The notes beneath the pieces are model-generated. The model searched no databases. It worked only from the letters and a program-made list of their open reading frames with translations, and had not been told where the DNA came from. From Phycisphaerae bacterium (lineage in GTDB: Bacteria > Planctomycetota > Phycisphaerae > UBA1845), in assembly GCA_029260215.1 (NCBI GenBank), contig JAJDDQ010000075.1, forward strand, positions 27,127 through 91,126: a stretch of DNA of 64,000 nucleotides. The letters run 5' to 3'. The translations under genes were made by a program, and so were the position numbers. Below, one piece after another: positions 61,342 to 64,000 of this stretch (position 1 is the first letter of the stretch; every line of letters begins with the position of its first letter).

Positions 61342-63159
61342 ATGAATCCGTCAGCCCCCGCCCGGATCAATGTCCATGATCGGACCCATGTGTCCTTTTT
61401 CTTCGGCTTCGCTCGCCGCCGATTCGCGCTTGCTGGGGCGCTTCTGCTGGCGGCGAGTATTGGGGGGTGCGCACTCCTGGTTCCGTTCAATTCCAACTTC
61501 GGGAGTGGTGCGCCACAGCTTTCGCAAATCGCACGCGAGTTGGAAGAGGCGGACATCGTGAAACTGGAGAACGGTTTCTTCTACGTCGCCAACCCGTTCA
61601 CCGGCCTGCGCATCGTCGACGCCCGCGACATTGATGAGCCGCGTCTGATGGGGCGGGTCGCACTTGGCGGGCGGGCTGTGGAACTGTACGTGCGCGACGG
61701 GCTGGTCTATGTCCTGACCGCGTCCGACTTCATCAACTGCGCCGGGCAGACCGTGGGATTCGCGGAGGGCATCTTCGACCCGCAGATCACTCCCGATTAC
61801 GACGGCAGCCGATTGTGGGTCGTCGATGTTTCCGATGCGGCTGCACCCGCGGTGACGACGACGCTCGACTTTGACGGGTTTGTGCAGACTACGCGGCGGG
61901 TGGGCGACGTTATCTACGCGGCTGGGAATGCGTTTGTGCCGGTCGAGGATGAGAACGGGGAGGATAACGCAGTCACGACGGTTTTCGAGCGTGCGGCGTT
62001 CGTGACGTCGATCAACATCGCCGATCCCGAAAACGCCGTCGTCGTGGATACGGAGTTTTTCGCCGGAACGTCGCTGGACGTACACGTTCGGGACGACGCG
62101 ATGTTCGTCTTCGGCGGCGATTCGGGCGTATTCGAGACCAGCATCGTCACCTATGTCGATATCAGCGACCCCGGCGGCGACATCACCGTCCGCGACCAGA
62201 TTCGCATTCCGGGCCGCATCCTCGATGAGTTCGCCGTCGATGTGGACGGCCCGTCGCTTCGCGTGGTGACCGACCAATTCATCCCGTCCGTGTTCGCGGA
62301 GGTCGTCGCGTTGTTTGTTTTCGACATCTCCGACCCGGACGACATTACCCGATCCGCACGCCTGCCCATTGTCATCGACGGCCGGCTGCGGGCTGTTCGA
62401 TTCGACGGTAATATCGCGTATGCCGAGACGTCGCGCAGAGACTCGCCGCTGACCATCCTGGATTTGTCGGACCCGTCGAATCCGACGATCTCCGCCACAC
62501 TGCCGACGCCGGGTTTCGGTACGCAACTGCGTCCGCTGGGCGAGCGGCTTGTCGCGGTCGGGTTCGACACATCGCTGGGCGTTCGGCCGGCGATCGTTTT
62601 GTACGACGTATCCAATCCTGCCAGTCCGCGCGAGCTTGACCGCGTCATTGTCGGCGATCAGTTCACGTTTGACACGACATCGACCGCGACGGTTGACGAG
62701 AAGGCGTTGCGCGTCATCGAGGAGGCTGGTCTGATTCTGTTGCCGTTCAGCACGTTCGACCGCGAGACGGGCTTGTTCACCGACGGGATACAGTTTATCG
62801 AACTGGGAGAAACGAGCCTGGTTGAGCGGGGGACGATTTCGCACACCGGTTTCGTCCGCCGTGCGGATCAGTTGGACCGGCGTATTTGGGTTCTGTCGGA
62901 CGAGTCGTTTCAGAGCGTCGATATCGATGATTTGGACGCACCGTCGTCGCTCGGGACGCTGACGTTCATCGACGAGCAGGATTTGCTGGATTCCGGATTG
63001 TCCGGTTGCGCCGACGCGGCTCGACGGTTGTCCACGCGGTTGTCCGGCGGCGTAGCAAGCCCCTGCGGCGTGCTGGGGATGGTGTCGTTGGTGGGGATGT
63101 TCGCGGGATTCGGATTTTTGCGGATGACGACGGTCGGGAGCTGGTTGAAACGGGGTTGA
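61342..63159 (+). CDS. beta-propeller domain-containing lipoprotein (Beta_propel/LVIVD-like) with C-terminal hydrophobic anchor
   Basis: ATG 61342 lies 6 nt after GGAGGA. Lipobox LLAASIGGC. IVKLENGFFYVANPFTGLRIVDARDIDEPRLMG and recurring ..V....DG...YV.. blades. C-terminus GVLGMVSLVGMFAGFGFLRM. Confidence 0.75.
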   Translation: MNPSAPARINVHDRTHVSFFFGFARRRFALAGALLLAASIGGCALLVPFNSNFGSGAPQLSQIARELEEADIVKLENGFFYVANPFTGLRIVDARDIDEPRLMGRVALGGRAVELYVRDGLVYVLTASDFINCAGQTVGFAEGIFDPQITPDYDGSRLWVVDVSDAAAPAVTTTLDFDGFVQTTRRVGDVIYAAGNAFVPVEDENGEDNAVTTVFERAAFVTSINIADPENAVVVDTEFFAGTSLDVHVRDDAMFVFGGDSGVFETSIVTYVDISDPGGDITVRDQIRIPGRILDEFAVDVDGPSLRVVTDQFIPSVFAEVVALFVFDISDPDDITRSARLPIVIDGRLRAVRFDGNIAYAETSRRDSPLTILDLSDPSNPTISATLPTPGFGTQLRPLGERLVAVGFDTSLGVRPAIVLYDVSNPASPRELDRVIVGDQFTFDTTSTATVDEKALRVIEEAGLILLPFSTFDRETGLFTDGIQFIELGETSLVERGTISHTGFVRRADQLDRRIWVLSDESFQSVDIDDLDAPSSLGTLTFIDEQDLLDSGLSGCADAARRLSTRLSGGVASPCGVLGMVSLVGMFAGFGFLRMTTVGSWLKRG

Positions 63160-63768
63160 AACGAGGTCGTGCTTCGGGCGTGTGGACCGGCTACCTGTCT
63201 TTTTCCAGCAACGTCCTTTTTTCCAAACACTCCGAACACCGATGACGTCATGTTCGGGCTGGGCCGGACCGGCTTCGGAAGGATCTGGGCGGGGGAAAAT
63301 TCGGGTCGCACGATCGGGGAATTCCGGGTTGAAATGCGAAGAATCGCGACTCGGACGGGCTCGCGGTGAGAAGCCGGCTTGCTCACGTGCTCGATTCCGG
63401 CTCCCTGTGACAATCCCAGCCATTGCAATTCATGCCGTTTGTCTGGTACACTCCGTACCTGAGGGGAAAGCGCACAGGTCGCCCACGTACAGCGGAGGCC
63501 GAAATAGTAAATTCCCTCGAATATGGTTGTGGCAGTCGAATGTGAACCGGAGGGGCCGTTTCAACGCGACGCTTCCGGTCCGATAACCTGCTGTATTTTT
63601 TGACGTATTGGCAGTACGCAGCGCTGGTGTTTTGCGCGTCGCGGAGCTCTTGCGGCGATCGCCTGTCTCAGTTGAGGCACGGCGGGATACGGGCGAGCGG
63701 GCTGTTGCGATTCGGTTTTTTCTTGTCGGGGGACAAGCGACCAGAGACTAGCGACCAAGGAGAGGAAC

Positions 63769-64000
63769 ATGGCATCTCGCGGGCAGTTGGGACGGATCTT
63801 GCTGATCGTGGCGGGGCTTTGGACGAGCGGCTCTGCTTTTGGACAACGTATCTACTGGACGGACGAGGGTTCGGACACGGTCGAGAGTGCTGATCTCGAT
63901 GGAAGCAATCGACAAGTTCTGGTTTCGGCAGGCCAACTTGCGCCGCACGGCGTTGCGTTGCACCTACCGGGCGGAAAACTCTATTGGGTGGACAGCGCCG
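63769..64000 (+). CDS. secreted YWTD (LDL-receptor class B)-type beta-propeller repeat protein, 3'-truncated at window edge
   Basis: ATG 63769 follows AAGGAGAGG. Signal peptide MASRGQLGRILLIVAGLWTSGSAFG, then RIYWTDEGSDTVESADLDGSNRQVLV...KLYWVDSA. The frame is open to the end of the window. Confidence 0.6.
   Translation, partial: MASRGQLGRILLIVAGLWTSGSAFGQRIYWTDEGSDTVESADLDGSNRQVLVSAGQLAPHGVALHLPGGKLYWVDSA

Noticed and set aside
61351-63423. 690-aa minus-strand ORF, longer than the plus-strand gene it overlaps
   Set aside because: The product is Arg/Pro/Gly-rich low-complexity sequence with no motifs, typical of an antisense shadow ORF in high-GC DNA. The plus-strand frame has an SD, a lipobox signal peptide and beta-propeller repeats.

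Overview
High-GC (~60%) bacterial chromosomal window. It probably comes from a Planctomycetota (Phycisphaerae-like) genome; this is an inference from a DUF1559/prepilin-type pseudopilin, GTGGCACSGGTT..AACCSGTG hairpin repeats in intergenic DNA, and giant secreted Cys-rich/dockerin-like proteins. I support about 38 CDS. I saw no rRNA, tRNA, CRISPR array, transposase or integrase. The left third (1-14.7 kb) is mostly housekeeping: flavodoxin-like reductase, clpS, miaB, an HTH/pseudo-receiver protein, a LysM protein, a ClC channel and a hybrid histidine kinase. It also holds the most interesting locus: a translationally coupled minus-strand operon of small ORF, PqqD-like RRE, HprK-like kinase and nucleotidyltransferase (7383-10049), with no lasso cyclase or leader protease in the window. 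The rest is dominated by very large secreted proteins built from shuffled modules: a ~38-aa GACC Cys-rich module (about 23 copies), lamin-tail domains, EEP nuclease domains, BNR propeller, beta-helix, Ig, and dockerin-like and cohesin-like domains. This set includes a tandem trio of paralogues (42.6-51.9 kb), one of which is decaying, and an ExeM/NucH-like nuclease with an IPTL-CTERM sorting tail. Between these lie lepB, a MacAB-type ABC efflux operon with two permeases, a second adaptor, a radical SAM protein and several lipoprotein/beta-propeller genes. All start codons are chosen by eye and all domain calls are motif recognition, not searches.
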